This document shows positions 46,261-54,687 of a stretch of 64,000 bases of DNA, piece after piece (the first letter of the stretch is position 1; every line of letters begins with the position of its first letter). The stretch lies in the NCBI GenBank assembly GCA_017433245.1, contig JAFRHO010000005.1, forward strand, positions 27,183-91,182, in the 5' to 3' direction. Made by a program: the position numbers and the translations under genes. Source of the DNA: Candidatus Saccharimonadota bacterium (GTDB lineage Bacteria > Patescibacteriota > Saccharimonadia > Saccharimonadales > Saccharimonadaceae). The notes below the pieces were generated by a model. The model ran no database searches. It was not told the origin of the DNA and saw nothing but the letters and a program-made list of their open reading frames with translations.

Positions 46261-48360
46261 ATGACTGAAATTAAAGATTTAAGTATGCTGCGGAATATCG
46301 GGATTATTGCTCATATTGACGCAGGTAAGACAACGACCTCAGAGGCGATTCTTTATCGTACAGGTCTGAAACATAAAATTGATTTAGTAAAGGGTGGCAC
46401 AGGTGGTGCTGATACTGACTGGATGGAGCAGGAGAAGGAGCGTGGCATCACGATTACTTCGGCTGCCGTGACGGTATATTGGAAGAATCATCAGATCAAT
46501 ATTATCGATACTCCGGGGCATATCGATTTTACCGCCGAGGTGGAACGTTCGCTTCGCGTGCTTGATGGTGCCGTAGTAGTGTTCGATGGTAAAATGGGTG
46601 TCGAAGCACAGTCTGAGACAGTATGGCGCCAGGCGACAAAATATGGCGTGCCACGGATTTGTTTTGTAAATAAAATTAACCAAATTGGTGGTGATTTCTA
46701 TAAATCACTCGATTCGATTCATAAGCGTTTGTCTAAGAATGCAGTGGCGATTCATTTGCCGATTGGGTTTGAGAAGGATATTTGTGGTGTAGTAGACCTG
46801 ATTGATATGAAGGCCTACACTTACAAGGATTATGCTGACCATGAGTTGACCGTAGGTGAAATCCCAGCCGACATGATCGAAAAAGCCAAGAATGCTCGTT
46901 CAATGCTCGTAGAAGAGGCTGTCCAGGCCGATGAAGCTTTGATGGATAAATACTTCAGCGAGGGCGAAGATGCGATTACCGTGGATGAATTAAAGGCAGC
47001 ACTTCGTAAGCGCGTGTTGGACGGTGATTTCTTCCTCGTAACTGGTGGCGATGGTCGCGGTGTGATTGTCGAGAAAGTCTTAGACCTCATGACTGACTAC
47101 TTGCCATCTCCGCTCGATCGTGATCAAGGACAAACCGTTGGTACCGACCCGAAGACCGGCGATCAGATTGTACGCAAGGCTGACAATTCGGAGCCTCTTA
47201 CAGCTTTGGCCTTTAAGATTGCAACCGACCCGTTTGTGGGTAAACTTATTTTCATCCGCGTTTACGCTGGTAAATTAAAATCAGGCGATACAGTCCTCAA
47301 CGCTTCAACCGGCGATAAGGAACGCATCGGCCGCTTAGTCCGGATGCACGCAAATGACCGCAAAGACATTTCGGAAATTGGTGCCGGTGATATTGCGGCG
47401 GTTGTTGGGCTCAAGAACTGTACTACCGGTACAACAATTTGCAGCCCGGCACATCCGATTCTCCTAGAGTCAATTGAATTCCCGGATCCCCCTGTATCAA
47501 TCGCAGTGGAACCAAAGACCAAGGCCGACCAAGAGAAAATGGGTATCGGTCTGTCTAAGATGGCTGAGGAAGACCCAACTTTCCGCGTCCATACCGATGA
47601 AGAGACTGGTCAGACGATTATCTCGGGGATGGGTGAGTTACACCTAGAAATTATTATTGATCGTTTGAAACGTGAGCACGGCGTCGAGGCCAATACTGGT
47701 GCACCTCAAGTGGCTTACCGCGAAACCATTCGTGGTACTGCTGAGGCTCAAGGTAAGCATATCAAGCAGTCTGGTGGTCGTGGTCAGTATGGTGATGTTT
47801 GGATTAAGTTTGAGCCAAATGAACCAGGGAAAGGCTTTGAGTTTATCGACCAGATTAAAGGTGGCGTGGTACCTCAGGAATATCGCAAACCAGTACAGAA
47901 GGGTGTCGAAGATACGCTCGCTGGTGGCGTAATTGCTGGTTACCCAGTAGTAGATATTAAGGCAACCCTATATGACGGTTCATACCACGATGTGGACTCT
48001 TCGGAACTCGCCTTTACCTTGGCTGGTAGCCTCGCTACTCGCGAGGGTATCAAGAAGGCTAACCCAGTCTTACTCGAGCCGGTCATGAAGATGGAAATTA
48101 CTACCCCCGAAGATTTCATGGGCGACGTGATTGGTGATATCAACTCACGCCGTGGTCGTATCGATGAGATGGAGGATTTGAATGGTGGCGCTAAATTGAT
48201 TAAGGCGTTTTGTCCGCTCGCAAATCTATTCGGTTACACGGGTGATCTCCGTGGTATGACCCAAGGTCGCGCAGCTTCCTCGATGGAGCTTTACGCTTAC
48301 GAGGAAGTACCACCAAACGTAGCCGCTGAGATTATTGAAAAGCGTAATTCTTCGAAATAG
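46261..48360 (+). CDS. fusA: Elongation factor G
   Basis: RNIGIIAHIDAGKTT, ERGITITSA, DTPGHIDF, GMGELHLEI, KQSGGRGQYG, GSYHDVDSSE; own promoter TGG-TAGAAT 46181-46189. Confidence 0.98.
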   Translation: MTEIKDLSMLRNIGIIAHIDAGKTTTSEAILYRTGLKHKIDLVKGGTGGADTDWMEQEKERGITITSAAVTVYWKNHQINIIDTPGHIDFTAEVERSLRVLDGAVVVFDGKMGVEAQSETVWRQATKYGVPRICFVNKINQIGGDFYKSLDSIHKRLSKNAVAIHLPIGFEKDICGVVDLIDMKAYTYKDYADHELTVGEIPADMIEKAKNARSMLVEEAVQADEALMDKYFSEGEDAITVDELKAALRKRVLDGDFFLVTGGDGRGVIVEKVLDLMTDYLPSPLDRDQGQTVGTDPKTGDQIVRKADNSEPLTALAFKIATDPFVGKLIFIRVYAGKLKSGDTVLNASTGDKERIGRLVRMHANDRKDISEIGAGDIAAVVGLKNCTTGTTICSPAHPILLESIEFPDPPVSIAVEPKTKADQEKMGIGLSKMAEEDPTFRVHTDEETGQTIISGMGELHLEIIIDRLKREHGVEANTGAPQVAYRETIRGTAEAQGKHIKQSGGRGQYGDVWIKFEPNEPGKGFEFIDQIKGGVVPQEYRKPVQKGVEDTLAGGVIAGYPVVDIKATLYDGSYHDVDSSELAFTLAGSLATREGIKKANPVLLEPVMKMEITTPEDFMGDVIGDINSRRGRIDEMEDLNGGAKLIKAFCPLANLFGYTGDLRGMTQGRAASSMELYAYEEVPPNVAAEIIEKRNSSK

Positions 48361-48371
48361 TTGCTTCAATC

Positions 48372-48405
48372 AATAAAACTCCCCTATCAAAGGGAGTTTT
48401 ATTTT
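48372..48405 (+). terminator. fusA terminator
   Basis: AATAAAACTCCC-CTATCAAA-GGGAGTTTTATT-TT. Confidence 0.85.
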
Positions 48406-48411
48406 GTATGG

Positions 48412-48437
48412 AAAAACCAGGCCCAAAGAGCCTGGTT
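48412..48437 (-). terminator. Terminator of the 87-aa gene
   Basis: Minus strand AACCAGGC-TCTTTGG-GCCTGGTT-TTT. Confidence 0.8.
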
Positions 48438-48451
48438 AAAGATGCAGGTGG

Positions 48452-48715
48452 TTATTGTTTTACGTCGGTGTCCAAGATCTGATGTATAGTAGTTGATTCT
48501 TTGGTTTTGCTTGGTTTTCTATATCCATGGGCTAAAAGCTTTTTATAAATCGTTTTAATCAAGTATAAGATTAATGCTACAAGCAAAAATGTTATAATCA
48601 AGGTTAAAACAAATCGTGCAACTAATATCGCCCAAGTACTGTGTGTTATCAGCATAATCACAACCCCCCAAAACAAAACACAAGTTAAAATAAGAGCCAA
48701 ACTTACAAATCCCAT
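48452..48715 (-). CDS. Small two-TM membrane protein (87 aa) with basic cytoplasmic tail
   Basis: TATAAT (48756-48751), strong SD AAGGAGGTGG 3 nt before ATG, own terminator. Confidence 0.75.
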   Translation of the reverse strand: MGFVSLALILTCVLFWGVVIMLITHSTWAILVARFVLTLIITFLLVALILYLIKTIYKKLLAHGYRKPSKTKESTTIHQILDTDVKQ

Positions 48716-48873
48716 ATTCCACCTCCTTAAGGTACACCACCTAGTGTACTATTATACCTTAAAATTAACGTTTTGTCTAGAACATAAGAGGTAATGCTCT
48801 AGATTTTTTCTGCATTTTGTGATATAATTATAGGGTAGTAGCGTACTAGTAGTTTTACATATGGGGGATTAAT

Positions 48874-49389
48874 ATGAGTAGTAAAGGCATAAAAGACGAG
48901 ACCGCCGGTAAGGCGATTTCACTAGCTAAAAGGGATGTTGTCCCTATGGTTCTACGTTATGAATCGGAAAGACGAAGCGGTACATATGGTGATGAGTATT
49001 CGGTAACAGTGTTGTCAAAAATGATCGACTCTAAAGTCGGAGCCTCTGATGAAGAGGTTATTGCAGTGTTTACTTTCGACGAAGAAGACCTGCGCAATAC
49101 ACGGTTCGTCAAGACCGAGCCGCCATATGACGTCATGACGTTTAAAACAGCTGACAGGTTTTATCTTGTGAACATGTTAGGTAAAAGTAGAAACAGAGCC
49201 GATAAATTGAAGAAGAAAATCCATGAGTATCTTCAGATTAGCTTCGGAAAAAGCAACTACGCCAATGACCGCAATACATATGCGTCTGTGGTGGATGAAC
49301 TTAGAACCGAACGCTTTATTAAGATGTTTAGAATCATCGCAAGAAGCGAAGCCCTGCGAAGCATGGCGATAAAGCCGCCCGCGTGGTAA
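48874..49389 (+). CDS. Hypothetical protein (171 aa), stand-alone transcription unit
   Basis: TGA-TATAAT 48820-48828, GGGGG SD-like, terminator 49421-49449; no family recognised. Confidence 0.75.
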   Translation: MSSKGIKDETAGKAISLAKRDVVPMVLRYESERRSGTYGDEYSVTVLSKMIDSKVGASDEEVIAVFTFDEEDLRNTRFVKTEPPYDVMTFKTADRFYLVNMLGKSRNRADKLKKKIHEYLQISFGKSNYANDRNTYASVVDELRTERFIKMFRIIARSEALRSMAIKPPAW

Positions 49390-49420
49390 GCACAGTAACT
49401 ATCGATTAATGCTACTACAA

Positions 49421-49449
49421 CCCTCGACTTTAAAAGTCGAGGGATTTTT
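49421..49449 (+). terminator. Terminator of the 171-aa gene
   Basis: CCCTCGACTT-TAA-AAGTCGAGGG-ATTTTT. Confidence 0.85.
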
Positions 49450-49556
49450 AATTTTACTCTTTACAAAAGTAGAAAAATAGTCTAAAATAGTAGGGTAGAG
49501 ATTTGGAGCTGGTTTTTATTAGCGCTCCAAACGTAATAAATATAAAAGGAGAATGA

Positions 49557-50741
49557 ATGGCAAATTTTGACCGTTCCAAGCCGCACATTAACGTCGGCAC
49601 CATGGGCCACGTCGACCATGGTAAAACCACTTTAACAGCTGCGATTACGAGCGTTCTTGCGAAGAGACTTCCATCGGACGTGAATAAACCAGTTGCTTAT
49701 GATCAGATCGATAACGCTCCTGAGGAAAAAGCTCGTGGTATCACCATCGCTACTTCTCATCAAGAGTATGAATCTGAAAAGCGTCACTATGCACACGTAG
49801 ATATGCCTGGTCACGCTGACTACATTAAAAACATGATTACCGGTGCTGCGCAGGTAGATGGCGCTATCCTCGTGGTAGCTGCTAATGATGGCCCGTTGCC
49901 ACAGACTCGTGAGCACGTGCTTCTTGCCCACCAGGTGAATGTGCCAAAGATTATCGTGTTCCTCAACAAGATGGACCTCGCTGATCCTGAACTCGTCGAG
50001 CTCGTCGAGATGGATGTTCGCGAACTATTGAACAAGTACGGTTTCGATGGCGACAATGCTCCTATCATCAAGGGTTCTGCTACTAAGGCCCTCGAAGGTG
50101 ATAAGGAAGCTGAAGATGCTATCATGGAACTCGTTACCGCGATGGATGAATACTTTGACATTCCTGAGCACGATCTTGACAAACCATTCCTGATGCCAAT
50201 CGAGGATGTCTTCTCGATCAAGGGTCGTGGTACCGTCGCTACTGGTCGTATCGAGCAGGGTGTAGTCAAGTTGAACGACGAAGTTGAAATCGTCGGTCTT
50301 CGCGACACTCAGAAGTCAGTTGTAACTGGTATCGAAGCCTTCCACAAGACTTTGGATCAGGGTCAAGCTGGCGATAACGCAGGTTTGCTACTTCGTGGTA
50401 TCGAGCGTGATCAAATTGAGCGTGGTCAGGTGATTGCCAAGCCAGGTTCAATTACCCCACATACTGAATTTGAGGCACAGGTTTACATCCTTAAGAAAGA
50501 GGAAGGCGGACGCCACACTCCATTCTCAAAGGGTTACAAGCCACAGTTCTACTTCCGCACCACTGATGTGACTGGTGAAGTTGAGCTTCCAGCTGACAAG
50601 GAAATCGTGATGCCTGGTGATCAGGTAACCTTCAACGTCAAGTTGTTGGCCCCAGTCGCTATGAACAACAACGACCGTTTCGCTATCCGCGAAGGTGGCA
50701 AGACCGTTGGTTCTGGTGTCATTACTAAGGTTATCAAGTAA
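49557..50741 (+). CDS. tuf: Elongation factor Tu
   Basis: [57 protein letters not shown]; own promoter TTTACA-17-TAAAAT 49460-49488. Confidence 0.99.
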   Translation: MANFDRSKPHINVGTMGHVDHGKTTLTAAITSVLAKRLPSDVNKPVAYDQIDNAPEEKARGITIATSHQEYESEKRHYAHVDMPGHADYIKNMITGAAQVDGAILVVAANDGPLPQTREHVLLAHQVNVPKIIVFLNKMDLADPELVELVEMDVRELLNKYGFDGDNAPIIKGSATKALEGDKEAEDAIMELVTAMDEYFDIPEHDLDKPFLMPIEDVFSIKGRGTVATGRIEQGVVKLNDEVEIVGLRDTQKSVVTGIEAFHKTLDQGQAGDNAGLLLRGIERDQIERGQVIAKPGSITPHTEFEAQVYILKKEEGGRHTPFSKGYKPQFYFRTTDVTGEVELPADKEIVMPGDQVTFNVKLLAPVAMNNNDRFAIREGGKTVGSGVITKVIK

Positions 50742-50755
50742 TAATTGATTCCTTC

Positions 50756-50784
50756 AAAAAACTCCCTACAAAGGGAGTTTTTTT
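50756..50784. terminator. Bidirectional terminator between tuf and the VPDTG surface protein gene
   Basis: AAAAAACTCCCT-ACAA-AGGGAGTTTTTTT. Confidence 0.85.
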
Positions 50785-50798
50785 GTTTAACGGGTCAT

Positions 50799-52136
50799 TT
50801 AGTCGAAGTTGACTTTCCTGCGAAGGATGCGAGGCAAGGCTCGGATTAATAGAGCCACCGATAGGACCGCCAAAATCGAGATAGTAACGATTTGTGCAGC
50901 ATCAGTACCCTTAGTAGAGGCACCGGTATCTGGTACAGCAATCTGCTCTTCTTCAGCAATATGAAGAGCCGTAAAAGTGATATCTTGATTCACGATAACG
51001 CTTTTGATTTGTGCGAGGCTTAAGGGGTCGCCGGCTTTAATAGTGGTTCCGTTGGCTAGTTTAACATCGACGTCCGCCACCCAGGCTTTGTCAGTGTAGC
51101 CTTCTGCTGGTTTTTGCTCAGATCCAGATGGGTTTTCTCCCGCAACAACTCGTTCGTTCTTAATACCAGTTACTTCACCATTTTCGTCAGATTTATAAGT
51201 AACTGTATACTGTTTTGCATAGTATTCGATTCCGCTACCGGCTGCGCCTACGAAACCATAAACCATATTTAGACCTTCTTCCTGTGTGGACTCGTCAAGT
51301 TTTACGTAGACATTGGTGATTTGGTCAGTCCCAATAATGTAAGGGGTACCGCCTTTTTCGTATTCAGAATAGATATAGTTGCCAGATGAAACGAATTTGT
51401 TCCGAAGTGTAGTGTCGGTTGGCTGTAAATCAGCGGCACTCTTGGCGAACATGTTGCTTGGCGATAATTCGTTGCCAGTGTTTAGTATTTTATATGACTG
51501 AGCGGCATCTATATCAGTAATGCCAAAATATAGTTGGCTTGAGGTAAATACTTGACTCTCGTTCTTTTTGTGAAGATTTATCACTGCATTAACAAAAATT
51601 CTGTCGTCGCTATTACTAGCAGATATAGCCTTAACGCCTTCAAGAGCATCCCCGCAAGTTTCGGGTGTGCCGGCACTACGTGGAACCCAACCACCATAGA
51701 TAAAACCATGTATTGGGACAAAACCCACAGCAGTAACTTTGGTGCCAAGATCTTCTGAAGTCACAGACTTGATTTGCACATCTGCTTGGTATTGTCCATC
51801 AGTTATTGTAAAACCAAGACCATCGCTTTCCACGACTGGATTATCTTCTGACACTTCGAAATAGTAATAGTCCTTACAACCAAAATCGCCATCTTGCATG
51901 TAAGCCTTTTTCCATTTAGTAGCACTATTTGGAGTTGACGCAACATTTGAAGAATTTATTAGAGGAGTGAGTCCTTCGACCAACTCTTGATTGATAGTAA
52001 CATTACTACTGCCGAGATCTTGCCCGCCAGAGTAGACAATGCCATAGTTAATGCTGTCGGCAAAAACACTAGTGGCGCATAACACAGGGCTCAGTAAGCT
52101 CAGCGCTATGATTGGTAGTTTTTTAGTTTTTTTCAT
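50799..52136 (-). CDS. Secreted adhesin-like surface protein with C-terminal VPDTG motif, TM helix and basic tail
   Basis: Signal peptide ending VFA; YFGITDID, YTVTY...P.EGY repeat-like stalk; IAVPDTG...ISILAVLSVALLI...RRK; promoter TTGACA-17-TATTAT, SD AAGGA. Confidence 0.78.
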   Translation of the reverse strand: MKKTKKLPIIALSLLSPVLCATSVFADSINYGIVYSGGQDLGSSNVTINQELVEGLTPLINSSNVASTPNSATKWKKAYMQDGDFGCKDYYYFEVSEDNPVVESDGLGFTITDGQYQADVQIKSVTSEDLGTKVTAVGFVPIHGFIYGGWVPRSAGTPETCGDALEGVKAISASNSDDRIFVNAVINLHKKNESQVFTSSQLYFGITDIDAAQSYKILNTGNELSPSNMFAKSAADLQPTDTTLRNKFVSSGNYIYSEYEKGGTPYIIGTDQITNVYVKLDESTQEEGLNMVYGFVGAAGSGIEYYAKQYTVTYKSDENGEVTGIKNERVVAGENPSGSEQKPAEGYTDKAWVADVDVKLANGTTIKAGDPLSLAQIKSVIVNQDITFTALHIAEEEQIAVPDTGASTKGTDAAQIVTISILAVLSVALLIRALPRILRRKVNFD

Positions 52137-52327
52137 TTTTGATTTTCCTTTTTGTGTATTAACCTGCTTATGTTTATAATAGCGTACTTATCCGCTTTTG
52201 TCAACATTGGTTCATCTATAATCTTGCAATCATGATAAAAGTATGATATAATTGCCCTTGTATTATTAATAATTATCAAGTCTGAAAAACTCGTGTCTTG
52301 GAGGTTATCGGGCAAAGAAAGGTAAAA

Positions 52328-52654
52328 ATGGCAGAAGCAAAGAAAGAAGAGGGGTTAAAGATTCGCATTCGCTTAAAAGCTTATGATCACCGCGTGATTG
52401 ATTTAAGCGCTAAGCAAATTGTGGATACCGCAATTAGGACTGGAGCCACCGTGTCGGGTCCAATTCCTCTACCAACCAAGAGGTCAACCTTCACAGTGGT
52501 AAAATCACCACACGTCTATAAGACCGGTGGTGAGGCTTTTGAGATGAAAGTCCACAAGCGCTTGATTGACATCTCAAACGCTTCGCCGAAGACGATTGAA
52601 AGCCTACAGAATCTCTCACTCCCGGCTGGCGTAGATGCTGAGATTAAGATGTAA
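52328..52654 (+). CDS. rpsJ: 30S ribosomal protein S10
   Basis: [41 protein letters not shown]; promoter TTGCAA-17-TATAAT 52224-52252. Confidence 0.98.
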   Translation: MAEAKKEEGLKIRIRLKAYDHRVIDLSAKQIVDTAIRTGATVSGPIPLPTKRSTFTVVKSPHVYKTGGEAFEMKVHKRLIDISNASPKTIESLQNLSLPAGVDAEIKM

Positions 52655-52655
52655 G

Positions 52656-52682
52656 AAAATTCCCCCATTATGGGGGATTTTT
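52656..52682 (+). terminator. rpsJ terminator
   Basis: AAAATTCCCCCA-TTA-TGGGGGATTTTT. Confidence 0.8.
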
Positions 52683-52696
52683 GATATAATGGTTTT

Positions 52697-53965
52697 ATGA
52701 GTATTGCTGGTTTTAAGAAGCGTTTTTATTTCTCTGTGGCGAAGTATTTTCGATTCTTTGCGAATCTAGCTTTCAAGAGGTGGAATCCACGCGTAATAGC
52801 GGTGACCGGTTCGGCTGGGAAGACTACGATGATGAAGATGCTAGAGCATGAAATCGGCCCCAAGGCGCACTATTCGCATGATGCCAATTCGGCCTTTGGG
52901 ATTCCATTTGATGTTCTGGGGCTAACCGGGGTCAGAGGTTCGAAACTGAAGTGGATTTGGCTAATTTTTGCGGCACCGATTATGGGATTGTTTTTCTGGC
53001 GCCGTAAAGAATTCTATGTAGTAGAGATTGACGGGGAGCGTCCACACGAGACGGAATTCCTAGCAGAATGGCTAAAGCCAGAGGTGACGGTGTGGGTTTC
53101 GATTGGTTTATCTCACGCGGTACAGTTTGAAAAAGAGGTCGCAGCAGGGGAGTATAACGATGTGGGCGAGGCGATTGTGGCAGAGTTTGCGAATTTGCCA
53201 ACCAACACCACGAAACGAGTATATATCGATGCCGATTCGAAGATTATGGTCGAAGCCACTGCTAAGATTAAGGCAAAGGTAGTTCCGATTAAAAAACAAG
53301 ATATTAAGAAATATGTAGTTTACCCAGATTCGACCGATTTTACTTATGGGGATACGACCTTTCATTTCAACCACCCAGAGCCTAAAGATATAGCATTTAA
53401 TTTGTTCGTAGTGCAAGACTTGATGAAGTATTTAAAGCTGAAATTTAACCCGGATTTCACTGGAATGGAGATTGCGCCAGGGCGATGCTCGTATTTCGAA
53501 GGGAAGAAGGGTATTGCGATTGTAGATAGTAGTTACAATGCACATATGATTTCAATGATGTCTGTACTCGATATGGCGAAGCGGATGCATGCGGAGAAGA
53601 AATGGCTAGTGATTGGCGATATCGTAGATCAAGGATCTTTAGAAGAGGAGGAACACATTAAGCTGGCTAAGTTGATTGCTGCAGTAAAGCCAGATAAGGT
53701 GATTTTGGTAGGGCGACGAACTAAGGAATGGACGGCGCCGGAACTCAAAAAACTTGGAGTGTCAGCAGTGGCTACGACCGACCCGAGGAAAGCGCTTGAT
53801 TATATAGAGAAAAGAATTCACGGTAATGAAACTCTCATCTTCAAGGGGAGCCAGTATCTCGAGTGGATAATCGAGAAATTATTAGCACATCCGGAAGATG
53901 CAAAGAAACTTTGCCGACGCGAAAAAGCCGCCGTAATGCGACGTAAAAGTTGGGGATTAGAATAG
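52697..53965 (+). CDS. Mur ligase, MurF-like
   Basis: IAVTGSAGKTT P-loop, PGR, IVDSSYNA...SM, LVIGD, LIFKGSQ. Confidence 0.88.
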   Translation: MSIAGFKKRFYFSVAKYFRFFANLAFKRWNPRVIAVTGSAGKTTMMKMLEHEIGPKAHYSHDANSAFGIPFDVLGLTGVRGSKLKWIWLIFAAPIMGLFFWRRKEFYVVEIDGERPHETEFLAEWLKPEVTVWVSIGLSHAVQFEKEVAAGEYNDVGEAIVAEFANLPTNTTKRVYIDADSKIMVEATAKIKAKVVPIKKQDIKKYVVYPDSTDFTYGDTTFHFNHPEPKDIAFNLFVVQDLMKYLKLKFNPDFTGMEIAPGRCSYFEGKKGIAIVDSSYNAHMISMMSVLDMAKRMHAEKKWLVIGDIVDQGSLEEEEHIKLAKLIAAVKPDKVILVGRRTKEWTAPELKKLGVSAVATTDPRKALDYIEKRIHGNETLIFKGSQYLEWIIEKLLAHPEDAKKLCRREKAAVMRRKSWGLE

Positions 53966-53967
53966 AA

Positions 53968-54687
53968 ATGGCTAAAAACACCAGTGAAAAACAAGGAGCA
54001 ACGAAAACGATTGATTTATACATTATCCATGGTTGGACCTATACTGCAGAACCGTGGCGAACTACAGTGGGGATTTTGCGTGAAACTGGTATCAATGTAA
54101 GAATGCTGCCGGTGCCAGGGCTAACTGAACCATCGAAGAAGGTATTCACAATCGATGATTATATAAAATGGGCTGATAATGAAATTCCAGATGGGGCAAT
54201 TGCGCTGGGACATTCGAACGGCGGGAGGATTTTACTGAACCTTTGTGCGAAAAAGCCAGAAAAGTTGAAATATTTGATTCTGCTAGATAGTGCTGGAGTA
54301 TATGAGCCATCCCTGAAGAAGAAAGTAGTGGAGAAGGTGGCCAAGATGGGTAAGCCATTAAAGAAAATCCCGCTAGTAGATAAGGCATTTCATAAAGTAA
54401 CTGGTTCGACTGATTATTCGCGTGCACCGGAGAACATGAAGGTGACATTGACCAATATGTTGGCATCGGATAAGGATTTGGATTTCTCTAAAGTAACAAC
54501 GAAGACGTTTATTCTATGGGGCAAGAAGGATACCATCACGCCACCTAGGCAAGCAACAACAATGTATGAGAAACTACCGAATGCAGAACTAAAGTTTTAT
54601 GCAAATTGGACACATGCGCCTTATATTTCTGACCCTGAGGGGTTGGCGCGAGCACTAGTAACATTGGTGACGAGGATGAAACAATGA
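53968..54687 (+). CDS. Alpha/beta hydrolase
   Basis: IHGW, GHSNGG (GxSxG), LILLDSAG, WGKKDTITP, THAP. Confidence 0.9.
   Translation: MAKNTSEKQGATKTIDLYIIHGWTYTAEPWRTTVGILRETGINVRMLPVPGLTEPSKKVFTIDDYIKWADNEIPDGAIALGHSNGGRILLNLCAKKPEKLKYLILLDSAGVYEPSLKKKVVEKVAKMGKPLKKIPLVDKAFHKVTGSTDYSRAPENMKVTLTNMLASDKDLDFSKVTTKTFILWGKKDTITPPRQATTMYEKLPNAELKFYANWTHAPYISDPEGLARALVTLVTRMKQ

Noticed and set aside
48358-48372. 5'-3' pairing for fusA, tuf, tsf and the pilin operon (5-6 bp matches)
   Set aside because: Matches this short are expected by chance, so they were not counted as support for the end-pairing finding.
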